Positions 1-10,985 of a DNA stretch of 64,000 nt are shown here, piece by piece. Position 1 is the first letter of the stretch, and each line of letters opens with the position of its first letter. The DNA is taken from the NCBI GenBank assembly GCA_937915225.1, contig CALDNO010000002.1, positions 75,911 through 139,910 of the forward strand. Reading direction: 5' to 3'. The position numbers and the translations under genes are program-made. The notes beneath the pieces were generated by a model. It was not told the origin of the DNA. It did not search any database and saw only the letters and a list, made by a program, of their open reading frames with translations. Source of the stretch: an uncultured Candidatus Saccharibacteria bacterium (GTDB lineage Bacteria > Patescibacteriota > Saccharimonadia > Saccharimonadales > Saccharimonadaceae).

Positions 1-1128
1 GAGCGTCCTGCCATTGGTGTGATGGGTCGTAAATCAGTTCACGAACCTCTGATGACTGGCATTATGTCGATTGACGCGATGTTCCCGATCGGTCGTGGTC
101 AGCGTGAGCTTATCATTGGCGACCGTCAAACTGGTAAGACAGCAATTGCTATCGATACGATGATTAACCAGGCTCGTCAAAAAACTGGCGTGGTAAACGT
201 TTATGTGGCGATTGGTCAGAAATTATCGAAGATCGCTCGATTGGTAGACCGATTGAAAGAAGAAGGCGTGATGGATCAGACGATTATCGTCGCAACCAGC
301 CCGTCCGACGCGGCCTCCCTGCTTTACTTGGCGCCTTACGCTGGTACGGCTATGGGTGAATATTTCCGCGATAACGGCGGTCACGCATTGATGATTTATG
401 ACGATTTGACCAAGCACGCGGTGGCTTATCGACAGATGTCGCTATTGTTGCGTCGTCCACCAGGACGCGAAGCCTACCCAGGCGACGTCTTCTATTTGCA
501 CTCACGATTATTGGAGCGCTCGGCTAAATTGTCAGATGAACTTGGCGCGGGAAGCTTGACGGCTCTACCAATCATCGAAACGCAGGCTGGCGACATTTCT
601 GCTTACATTCCGACCAACGTGATTTCTATTACCGACGGTCAGATTTTCCTGGAAACCGACTTGTTCTATCAAGGCATTCGCCCAGCCATCTCAGCCGGTC
701 TATCGGTTTCTCGCGTTGGTGGCGCAGCTCAGACGAAAGCCGTTAAATCTGTTGGCGGAAACTTGAAGCTTGGTCTTTCTCAGTTCCGCGAATTGGCATC
801 ATTTGCTCAATTCGGCTCAGATCTTGACGACGCGACAAAAGCTCAAATTGACCGCGGTCAGCGACTCACTGAACTTCTGAAGCAGCCACAATATCAACCA
901 ATGAGCGTTTGGGAGCAATTTGTCAGCATTCACGCGGTAACTGGCGGTATGTTTGACGATGTTCCAGTTTCTAAGATTAAAGACGCGCAGTCTGCCCTAT
1001 TGACTTATCTATGGAAAAATTCTAAAGATGCTATGCGTGAGCTAAACAAGGGCGACAAACCTTCGGATGAGCAATTGAAATTGATTGACGAAGCTACGAA
1101 AGAAATAGCGAAAGGATTTGAGGAGTAA
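1..1128 (+). CDS. atpA: F1F0 ATP synthase alpha subunit (5' part outside window)
   Basis: GDRQTGKT Walker A and [21 protein letters not shown] motifs; frame open from window edge. Confidence 0.98.
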   Translation, partial: ERPAIGVMGRKSVHEPLMTGIMSIDAMFPIGRGQRELIIGDRQTGKTAIAIDTMINQARQKTGVVNVYVAIGQKLSKIARLVDRLKEEGVMDQTIIVATSPSDAASLLYLAPYAGTAMGEYFRDNGGHALMIYDDLTKHAVAYRQMSLLLRRPPGREAYPGDVFYLHSRLLERSAKLSDELGAGSLTALPIIETQAGDISAYIPTNVISITDGQIFLETDLFYQGIRPAISAGLSVSRVGGAAQTKAVKSVGGNLKLGLSQFRELASFAQFGSDLDDATKAQIDRGQRLTELLKQPQYQPMSVWEQFVSIHAVTGGMFDDVPVSKIKDAQSALLTYLWKNSKDAMRELNKGDKPSDEQLKLIDEATKEIAKGFEE

Positions 1129-1131
1129 TTC

Positions 1132-3461
<2,330 letters not shown>

Positions 3462-3463
3462 TC

Positions 3464-3889
3464 ATGAAATTGTCATTAGTCACACTTGTCGGTACGAAGG
3501 TTGACGAAGAAGTTTATTCGGTGTCAATTCCGACTACTGACGGCGAAATTTCCGTTTTCCCAAGCCATGAGCCGCTAGTGACGATTGCGCGGGACGGCGT
3601 AATTACCGTGCGTCGACATAAAGAAGATTCTGATAATCAGTTGGAATATTTCGCAATCTCTGGTGGCGTGGTAAAAATTGACTATTCGTCGGTGCAGATT
3701 CTGGTTGATGAAGCTGATCACGGCGATGACATCATCGAGGCGGAAACTCAGAAGGCTCTGGAGCGTGCTATCAAGGCGCGTGATGAGGCTGGCGATCAAG
3801 TTGAGCGCGAGAAAGCCAAGCAGCTTATCGACCGTCATATGGTGCGATTGAAGGTGGCTGATCTTCATAGACGTAAGCGACGACGCTAG
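3464..3889 (+). CDS. atpC: ATP synthase epsilon subunit
   Basis: IPTTDGEISVFPSHEP, AISGG; operon position. Confidence 0.95.
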   Translation: MKLSLVTLVGTKVDEEVYSVSIPTTDGEISVFPSHEPLVTIARDGVITVRRHKEDSDNQLEYFAISGGVVKIDYSSVQILVDEADHGDDIIEAETQKALERAIKARDEAGDQVEREKAKQLIDRHMVRLKVADLHRRKRRR

Positions 3890-3892
3890 GGC

Positions 3893-4739
3893 CTATCGGG
3901 GCGTAATAAGTGTGACATCTAGCATGTCGCGTAGGGCGTGAACTGCCATCTTCACTTCTAGGCGTTTACTAGCTGAGAAGATGTCGGGTATGTTCTTCTC
4001 GTATGTTTTTAAGAAGTACTCGTCAAATTGCTGAGGGCTTACGTGAGAAAACCTAGTACCAAACCCAGAGAGCGATTCTATATATAACGCAATGTCCTCG
4101 AATGTGTCGTCTGGGCTATTAAATCTTCGCATTTCCGTTAGATCAACAATGCGAACTCTATTATTGATATCTCTCGCGGTGTTTTTTACTTGAAAGTCTC
4201 CATGCGCTAAGCCCAAGTCGTTTAAGGTTGCTAAAGTCAAGGCTGCTGTGGTCAGAGCTTCTGATATTTCTGACTCAGTAGGTTTGTGCGCCTCATTTAA
4301 GATAGTATTATCGTAAGTAACAACTCCTGATTCAAATTCGGTAATAACACTATAATTACCCCCCCCATCTAGTAAATCCTAGAACCCGAAACGTTAATGG
4401 TCTTCCTTCTTCTCTGCTATTAAGATACTTTATTGTATTATATTCGCGAATAGCGCGACTTAATGAGTCGGCTGCCTTTATTGCTACTGGTTGAATTATT
4501 TTTGGAGAACTATCTGTTTGCCCCGATATTGTCATGTCTCCGAACTGGACTTGATAAACACTATCTTCCCTGCCTTCTGCATATTTTGGTACCTTATCCA
4601 CTCGGACATCGAGGGGAGTTTGATCTGGTTTTGAAACATCCGATAAGAGTATTATACCTTCCGGACTATTTTTCAGGTTAGATGTTGTAACATTTGAAGG
4701 GTGAATATAAGATAGTTTACTTTCTAGATATTCAGACAT
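3893..4739 (-). pseudogene. Protein-kinase-like phosphotransferase split by a frameshift in a G8 tract
   Basis: ORFs 4356-4739 and 3893-4240 join into one 281-aa frame if G8 (4359-4366) is G7; VAIK, HGDFQVKN and IVD motifs in kinase order. Confidence 0.75.
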
Positions 4740-4838
4740 ACCTATATTATATCATAATAACTATACTTTTTCAATCAATTTGCGTATAGTACTAAGACTC
4801 TAATTAATACTAATCTAAATAGCGACGTCTTCCGTCGT

Positions 4839-5294
4839 CTATTCTCTGTCTTCAGCGATACCAAAAGTAACAGCCACGAATAGAGACAGAACCACTACAA
4901 ACCCTGAGATAATGGCGATAGTTTTTGATGTTTCAAATGAAATAGCGTTATTTGTATACACGGATAATGTTGAAAAGGTCTCCATGTCGCTAAAATCAGG
5001 CATTGCAAGGCCGCAGATAAATAATGAGATTGACATGACGATAAAGGAAACACGTACTATTGTGGTGAGATGGTCTTTTGATGCATGGCGTTTTTTCATT
5101 TGTCGGGAGATGATTGCAAGACAGATACAGCTAACGATAAGCGCCCACGGGCCAAGTAGTGCTAGTACCCAACCGCCGATGCCAGTAATGAATCCGCGTG
5201 CGAGCGAGAACCAGATAGCACTTACCCATAATGCTATGACGATCCATGTGTCTATGGCCTGTTGTTTTTGTAGTTTTTGTTTTTTTGTTGTCAT
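4839..5294 (-). CDS. Hypothetical membrane protein (about 4 TM segments)
   Basis: Hydrophobic segments; ATG 5294 lies just after the dus stop. Confidence 0.7.
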   Translation of the reverse strand: MTTKKQKLQKQQAIDTWIVIALWVSAIWFSLARGFITGIGGWVLALLGPWALIVSCICLAIISRQMKKRHASKDHLTTIVRVSFIVMSISLFICGLAMPDFSDMETFSTLSVYTNNAISFETSKTIAIISGFVVVLSLFVAVTFGIAEDRE

Positions 5295-5295
5295 G

Positions 5296-6267
5296 TCAAT
5301 AAGTATAATGTGGATGATCGTTGCGTGCAAGTATTGATCGCACCTCGTCGGTCGTCGTGGTGTGCATCAACTTCTCCCGAAGTTCCTTTGCGCCGTCAAA
5401 ATCGCGAATATAAATCTTGAAAAAACGTTTTAGAGTTTCAAAAGGTCGCCCTAAAATCGACTGGTAAGAATCAAATAAATCCAAGTGATAATTAAGAAGC
5501 GCCAACAATTCTTCCTTATGATTATCTGCGTCAGTTTTCGATTTACGGAAGCAAAACGGATCGCTGAAAACGCCTCGCCCAATCATAATGCCATTCACGC
5601 CAGGATGTTTTCTGGCAATTTCCAGCCCATGCTCTCGGTCGCGAATGTCGCCGTTGATAGTCAGGAGCGTTTGCGGGGCAATTTCATCGCGCAGCTTAAT
5701 AATATCATCAATCAATTCATAATGCGCCGCAACTTTGCTCATCTCTTTTTTGGTGCGCAGATGAATTGTCAAGTTCACGATGTCTTGTCTAAGAATTGTC
5801 GTCAGCCACTCTCGCCACTCATCGACATAAGTATATCCCAGCCGAGTTTTTACGCTAACAGGCAATCCAGATTTTTTGGCGGCGTCAATTGCAGCTATCG
5901 CTATGTCAGGTCGGCGAATCAGAGCCGCACCACCGCTTTTAATGGCAGATTTGGCGGGACAGCCCATATTGATATCAATTCCGTTAAAACCAAGTTCCGT
6001 GCAGTGCTTCGCGAAAGCTTCCATGTCCCCTGGCTCGCCACCCCAGATTTGCGCAATGAGCGGCTGCTCATCGTCGGTTTTAATTAGTCGCCCAGCTATA
6101 GCTTTGTCGCCAGCATGCACCCAGCCGGTAGCATTTGCGAACTCGGTGAAAAATATATCTGGCGCGCCAGCCTGTTTCACGACATGACGAAACACGACGT
6201 CAGTGACGGCTTCCATTGGCGCCAATATGAAAAATGGCTGTGGTAAATCATTCCAAAACGATGTCAT
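5296..6267 (-). CDS. tRNA-dihydrouridine synthase (Dus family)
   Basis: LAPMEAVTD, IDINMGCP, VSVKTRLG, NGDI, GIMIGRG; start chosen 7 nt after a TAAAAT -10 box. Confidence 0.95.
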   Translation of the reverse strand: MTSFWNDLPQPFFILAPMEAVTDVVFRHVVKQAGAPDIFFTEFANATGWVHAGDKAIAGRLIKTDDEQPLIAQIWGGEPGDMEAFAKHCTELGFNGIDINMGCPAKSAIKSGGAALIRRPDIAIAAIDAAKKSGLPVSVKTRLGYTYVDEWREWLTTILRQDIVNLTIHLRTKKEMSKVAAHYELIDDIIKLRDEIAPQTLLTINGDIRDREHGLEIARKHPGVNGIMIGRGVFSDPFCFRKSKTDADNHKEELLALLNYHLDLFDSYQSILGRPFETLKRFFKIYIRDFDGAKELREKLMHTTTTDEVRSILARNDHPHYTY

Positions 6268-6284
6268 CTCTGTTATTTTATCAC

Positions 6285-6322
6285 AAAAAGGAGAAAACCC
6301 TATCTCGTCATCGAGATAGGGT
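6285..6322 (-). terminator. Intrinsic terminator of the 6.3-6.9 kb unit
   Basis: ACCCTATCTCG-ATGA-CGAGATAGGGT followed by TTTCTCCTTTTT on the minus strand. Confidence 0.8.
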
Positions 6323-6443
6323 GTGGGCGGGCTCAAGCGGTTCTGTTTGGAATTGTCCTCTGTGTTGAGAGGAAAACTCTACAAATGAATCTCGCGAGCC
6401 CAAAATTGGGAGGGAAGCAAAACGCCTTTGTTTTACTTCCCAG

Positions 6444-6535
6444 CGGACACAGCGGGACTCGAACCCGCAACCTCCCACTACGCCGACATCGTTGTCAACG
6501 CGGCGGGTGCTCTACTATTTAAGAGCTATGCGTCC
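6444..6535 (-). ncRNA. tRNA-like RNA with non-canonical elongated anticodon arm
   Basis: Acceptor GGACGCA/TGTGTCC, D stem GCTC/GAGC, T arm GCGGG-TTCGAGT-CCCGC; 34-nt hairpin replaces the 17-nt anticodon arm; no encoded CCA. Confidence 0.75.
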
Positions 6536-6654
6536 TGTGATTCTTTTCTGGCTGGGGAATCTGACCCAGGGACGGACGGACGTCCTTTACTGACCGCGGA
6601 GATCAGTGGTTTCGGGGTCGCGCAAACCTCTACCGCCATGCCACGGAAAAATAG

Positions 6655-6807
6655 TCAGGCGTTCTTACCTCCACACTGGAGGCACACCTGACCGCTACCA
6701 CCGCAGTTGTCGCAGCGGTAGCCGAGTGACTTCTTGCCAGTTCCCCGGCAAGATGGACACGTTTTCGTACCTGAGTAGCCCATGTTGCTACACGGTCTAC
6801 ATGACAT
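6655..6807 (-). CDS. 50-aa four-CxxC microprotein, DnaJ zinc-finger-like (not in ORF track)
   Basis: Manual translation MSCRPCSNMGYSGTKTCPSCRGTGKKSLGYRCDNCGGSGQVCLQCGGKNA; two exact CxxCxGxG repeats plus two more CxxC. Confidence 0.8.
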   Translation of the reverse strand: MSCRPCSNMGYSGTKTCPSCRGTGKKSLGYRCDNCGGSGQVCLQCGGKNA

Positions 6808-6907
6808 GAGATTTTCAACTCTTTTCTAAAAGAAAAGAGTTGACCTCCTAATTATGCTCCTAGAGAGCATAACTCGAAAAGTCAGCTCTACCAATAAAGC
6901 GTTTATT

Positions 6908-6936
6908 ATAATAACACTAATTATAAAAAAACGCAA
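6908..6936 (-). promoter_or_regulatory. sigma70-type promoter of the microprotein/tRNA-like unit
   Basis: TTGCGT-N17-TATTAT with extended -10 TG. Confidence 0.65.
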
Positions 6937-6954
6937 CAATATACCAGAATATTT

Positions 6955-9900
6955 TTATATTTCGCCCGCCAGCAGGTCTTTTTCGAATTGCAACATTCCC
7001 TTATAATCCGCCGAATAGTCAGAAATATCCGGCAGATCTAACGTGGTGATTTTCTGCCAAATAATCTCAATCAGTTGCGTAAATTCAGCCAGCTCTTCTC
7101 TGGAGAATGTGTCTTCCAAACTAAGAATATCGCCGGTCTTCATGTCTGGTTCGACAAATTGTAGTCGCCCGCCGGTGAAAGTGAAATTGCTATAATCGCG
7201 CGAATGCTCGACCAGCAGCTGATAGAACATTAATTGCTGACGATATTTATGAAGTTTGATTTTTTCGTAATCGGTCGAACCTTTCCAAGAATGCGCCGGC
7301 TTGCCAGTTTTATAATCCGTTACGAAGATGGTTTTATTTTGCTTGTCGATGTCGACGACGTCAAGTTTACCCGTTAATCTGGCGTTATCTATAATTACGC
7401 CTTGGTTTGAAAAGTCCAGTTCCGCCAAGTCCGTGTCGTGAAAATCTGAAGATTTGGCATTTAAGAACGCAGTCAAAGCCGACTTCCCTTTGTCTAAATA
7501 CAATTGAAAATCGTCCGCTGGCAAATGTTGGCTCTCGAGGGATTTTTGGAAAAATTGGAGGATTTGTTCGGTGCTTGGCAATTGATGATCGGCGCTGAAT
7601 GAGCAATGTGCTTGCTGAAGGCTGCTGTGAATCGCGGTTCCGTAAGCTGCGGCGGAATTTTTGGCGGATGGAAAATGTAGCAAATTGTTCAATAAGAAAT
7701 TCTGTGGCCCGCCGCGTGAAACGTCGAGGAAATTATTCAAATGCGTCGCAGAAAGCTTGTACGTTTCGAATGCTGGCGCCAATAAGTCCTTTAATTCTGG
7801 AACGATTGGTGAAGTTAGTCGCGTCGTCCAATCGGTTTCAGCGAGTTCAATTTGTTCAACTGGATCGTCGCTGGTTGGAATGATGGTTGGCGCGCAATTT
7901 GTTAAGAAACTGGCGATTATCGTGTCGCTGCCAGAATCGTTGGTTTGGGAATAAGTCATGGTCAATGTGGTTTTGGCGCGAGTCATCGCCACAAAGAATA
8001 ATCGAAGTCGTTCGTCGTAAGTGGCGCCCGCTGGCTGAAGTTGGAGGTTTGCGGGATATCGGATAGCTCGGCTGCGTGTGCGGACTTTTTCACCCCAAGC
8101 GCTGTCAATTGCTCCAATCACGAAAACGTGCGGAAATTCCAGGCCTTTGGATTTATGGGCGGTCATCAAATTTATGGCGCCGCTGAGTGAACTTGCGTGC
8201 GTGCGAATTTGTGTTAAGCGAGTTTTTGTTGAAATATGCAGATCAATAAACTCCAAAAAATCTTCCAGAGTTGGGTTTTTATCGGTGATTCGATCGCGAA
8301 GTTTTTGGCGCAAAGTGCGCAAACTTTCCAAAATTGTCAGATATGCTTCTGGGTTTTTATCTAGCTTTTCCGGCGAGAAATAGAAATTGGCGAGAGAATT
8401 GACTTGAAGATCGCCGCTTTCATCGTTAGTTAAGCCTAATAAATTGTCCAATTGCTCTTCCAGTGGCAAATTCGGCACGTCCTTAGCGCGCTCCAAAAGC
8501 CACTCCGCAAATTCCTTAAATACGCTATTCGCCAGCATACTTTCCAGCCACAATTGCCGATTTTTATAAGCTTGAAGACTCAACTTCCAGATGTCCAGCG
8601 CAGAAAATCCAAACGCTGGATGAGCCGTAATTTCCGGTAGTAGACTATTGGCAACGTCCAAATTATTCTGGCTAATCGCCACGACAGTTCGCGCCAATTT
8701 GTCCAGAATCTGAATTATATCTTGCTCCAAAATGTCGTCGTGACGTTCGTAATTGACAAAAAGATTTTCCTTATAAAGATGCGGAAGAATTTCAATGAGT
8801 TCCTTATGGTGGCGCGCAATAATCGTAATGTTTTCTGGCTTTTCGCCGTTTTTTATTAGCTCGGCAATTTGTTTGGCAATTCCCGCTCGCTCTTCGCTAA
8901 CAGATGAGAATTCTTGGATTTCGACTTTTGAACCTTCGCTATTTGCGTGTGCGGTCAATTGTTTTGATAGCCCGTCAATTGTGTTTTCCAATCGATCCGC
9001 GCCTTGAATGATGACGTCCCGCGCTGACGATAAAATGTTCTCGGCGGAACGATAATTGTCGGTCAAAACGATGATTTTTGGGTCGTGATAATGTTGGCGG
9101 AAGCGCTGGATGTTGCCCACGTCTGCGCCTTGGAAGCTGAAGATTGCTTGGTCGTCATCTCCAACTGCCATGATGTTTGGATTGTCGTCGTTCTCGCTGG
9201 TCAAATTGAACAATAATCGTAATTGCGCCAAGTTTGTGTCCTGGAACTCGTCGACCATGATGAATTGGAATTGCTCTTGGAGGTTTGCGCGCAGTTCTGG
9301 GTGAGATTCGCAGGCTTGAATAACGGATAAAATCATGTCGTCGTAATCAAATAACGAGCGCTCGGACAGAATATTTACGTACTTTTCGTAAATGTCGATT
9401 GCGGCGGATAATTTTTCTGCGGCGGTAAAATCTTTCAGGACAAATTTGCCCTTGGCATTTTTTTCGCACCATTTATTTTTCCAAGCAGTCAGTGGCTTGG
9501 TTGAGTTTTCGTCAATTGCTTCCTGGGCGGCGTGCGCAATACTTAACACTAAAACGTTGGCGTATGGTGTGATTGAGGCTGGCAATTTTGAGTTTTTCTC
9601 GTCAGGATTTTTGGCGGCTAAATTGGCAATTTTCTCAGCTATCGGCGCAAACATTTCAATTGTCTTTTTCGATATTTTGGCGGAAAATACTTGCTGAATG
9701 TCTGGCGCAATTTCGGCGATTGTGCTTTGATTGTCATCAATAATTGCCCGTAATTCCGACGGCGTTAAACCACTTTGCTTGAACTCGGAAATAATGCGAA
9801 TGAGGTCTTTAATATAAACAAATTCCCCGTTGTTTTTCGCGCTTAATGGATTTCGCCAATCAAGTTCTTCGAGTATTCCAGAGATAATTTGATATTGCGT

Positions 9901-10251
9901 CAATTCGTCAACTGGCTGAGCGTCGGCGCCACGGAAAAAATACTCGCGATGTTGATTGATGATTTCTGTGCCGAAGCTGTGAAATGTGTGAATCGCAATT
10001 TTATACGCGTCCTCACCGATAATCTGGCGAAGTCGTTGGCGCATATTTGTGGCGCCGCTTTCGGTAAACGTTAGACATAAAATACTGTTCGGCAAAGTGT
10101 CGGTCTGTTTCAGGATTTGGGCAGTGCGCATACTCAGAAGCTCGGTTTTCCCTGTTCCTGGCCCAGCAATTACCAAAAGCGATCCGTGAATGTAGTCGAC
10201 CGCTTGTCGTTGATTATCGTTTAATTTAGCGTAACGAGTATTGAAATCCAT
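6955..10251 (-). CDS. UvrD/PcrA-like SF1 helicase with C-terminal PD-(D/E)XK nuclease domain
   Basis: AGPGTGKT, VDEFQD, VGDDDQAIFSFQGA, NYRS, TAHKSKGLEF, VAMTRAK; C-terminal GKLD..TDYKTG..QLMFY. Confidence 0.92.
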   Translation of the reverse strand: MDFNTRYAKLNDNQRQAVDYIHGSLLVIAGPGTGKTELLSMRTAQILKQTDTLPNSILCLTFTESGATNMRQRLRQIIGEDAYKIAIHTFHSFGTEIINQHREYFFRGADAQPVDELTQYQIISGILEELDWRNPLSAKNNGEFVYIKDLIRIISEFKQSGLTPSELRAIIDDNQSTIAEIAPDIQQVFSAKISKKTIEMFAPIAEKIANLAAKNPDEKNSKLPASITPYANVLVLSIAHAAQEAIDENSTKPLTAWKNKWCEKNAKGKFVLKDFTAAEKLSAAIDIYEKYVNILSERSLFDYDDMILSVIQACESHPELRANLQEQFQFIMVDEFQDTNLAQLRLLFNLTSENDDNPNIMAVGDDDQAIFSFQGADVGNIQRFRQHYHDPKIIVLTDNYRSAENILSSARDVIIQGADRLENTIDGLSKQLTAHANSEGSKVEIQEFSSVSEERAGIAKQIAELIKNGEKPENITIIARHHKELIEILPHLYKENLFVNYERHDDILEQDIIQILDKLARTVVAISQNNLDVANSLLPEITAHPAFGFSALDIWKLSLQAYKNRQLWLESMLANSVFKEFAEWLLERAKDVPNLPLEEQLDNLLGLTNDESGDLQVNSLANFYFSPEKLDKNPEAYLTILESLRTLRQKLRDRITDKNPTLEDFLEFIDLHISTKTRLTQIRTHASSLSGAINLMTAHKSKGLEFPHVFVIGAIDSAWGEKVRTRSRAIRYPANLQLQPAGATYDERLRLFFVAMTRAKTTLTMTYSQTNDSGSDTIIASFLTNCAPTIIPTSDDPVEQIELAETDWTTRLTSPIVPELKDLLAPAFETYKLSATHLNNFLDVSRGGPQNFLLNNLLHFPSAKNSAAAYGTAIHSSLQQAHCSFSADHQLPSTEQILQFFQKSLESQHLPADDFQLYLDKGKSALTAFLNAKSSDFHDTDLAELDFSNQGVIIDNARLTGKLDVVDIDKQNKTIFVTDYKTGKPAHSWKGSTDYEKIKLHKYRQQLMFYQLLVEHSRDYSNFTFTGGRLQFVEPDMKTGDILSLEDTFSREELAEFTQLIEIIWQKITTLDLPDISDYSADYKGMLQFEKDLLAGEI

Positions 10252-10496
10252 AGTTTTATTCTACCATGTTGGCAGCCTTCAGAACGCGATATCAAAATTG
10301 CTATTTACAGAATTAGTCTAAGGTTATAGATTCAGTATTAAGAGGGTGAATGAAAAACATCCAGAAGACGCGTTTAAGGGTAAAAGCCACTTGGATATTT
10401 CCCGTCAATCAGTCGAATCGGTCAGACAGTTTGGCTATTAGATTTCACATCTTTGCCATCTCGCGCACTTCATAAAAGAATGGTAAAATATTATCT

Positions 10497-10985
10497 ATGA
10501 ATAAGGCGACGTACGACGAGCTGGCGCTGGAGCGAATTGCTAAGGAAAAATTTGGTTTTCCAATTGATGTTCAATCAATAATTTTGTGGCACGCTGACGT
10601 TAGTCGCACGGCTAAAGCGTCGGTGTTTTTGACGAATAAAAAGCAGCTAATGCTATATTTGGAGGCGACTTCGCCGTTGATCTTATCTGATGTTAAAAAG
10701 ATAATTTCGCGAATGGGTATGCGTGCGGAATTATTTCTTCCGCCAAAAGGTCAGCCGCGATATTTTGAAGATATCGGCAAGCGCAAATTCCGCGAAGTTT
10801 TTCCCGGAAGAAAGCACGTTACGGATGAAGATTTGCATTTTTATAAAACTTTGGCGCCGTATAATCCTGCCTTGGTTTTGATTTCTGAAGTGAAGAATGG
10901 CGAGATATATCAATTCGATTCTGACGCGTACGGAAATTGGCGAGTTGGTGCAAGGTTTAGCTATAGAAGGATTCGGACAAGCTAA
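10497..10985 (+). CDS. Hypothetical protein
   Basis: 162-aa ORF, -10 box just upstream, stop overlaps the next start (TAATG). Confidence 0.75.
   Translation: MNKATYDELALERIAKEKFGFPIDVQSIILWHADVSRTAKASVFLTNKKQLMLYLEATSPLILSDVKKIISRMGMRAELFLPPKGQPRYFEDIGKRKFREVFPGRKHVTDEDLHFYKTLAPYNPALVLISEVKNGEIYQFDSDAYGNWRVGARFSYRRIRTS

Noticed and set aside
6428..6818. ORF-track ORFs 6428-6691(+), 6606-6809(+) and 6630-6818(-)
   Set aside because: No motifs or start signals; the region is better explained by the 50-aa CxxC ORF and RNA structures.
6285..6900. tmRNA, RNase P, SRP RNA or intron-containing tRNA
   Set aside because: No GGGG 5' end with G3-U70 pair or tag peptide, no RNase P P4 motif, no SRP helix 8; removing 17 nt does not give a U33 anticodon loop.
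10270..10442. Intergenic stretch with an open frame ending at about 10441
   Set aside because: Looks like a gene remnant with an upstream in-frame stop; no convincing start or structure.
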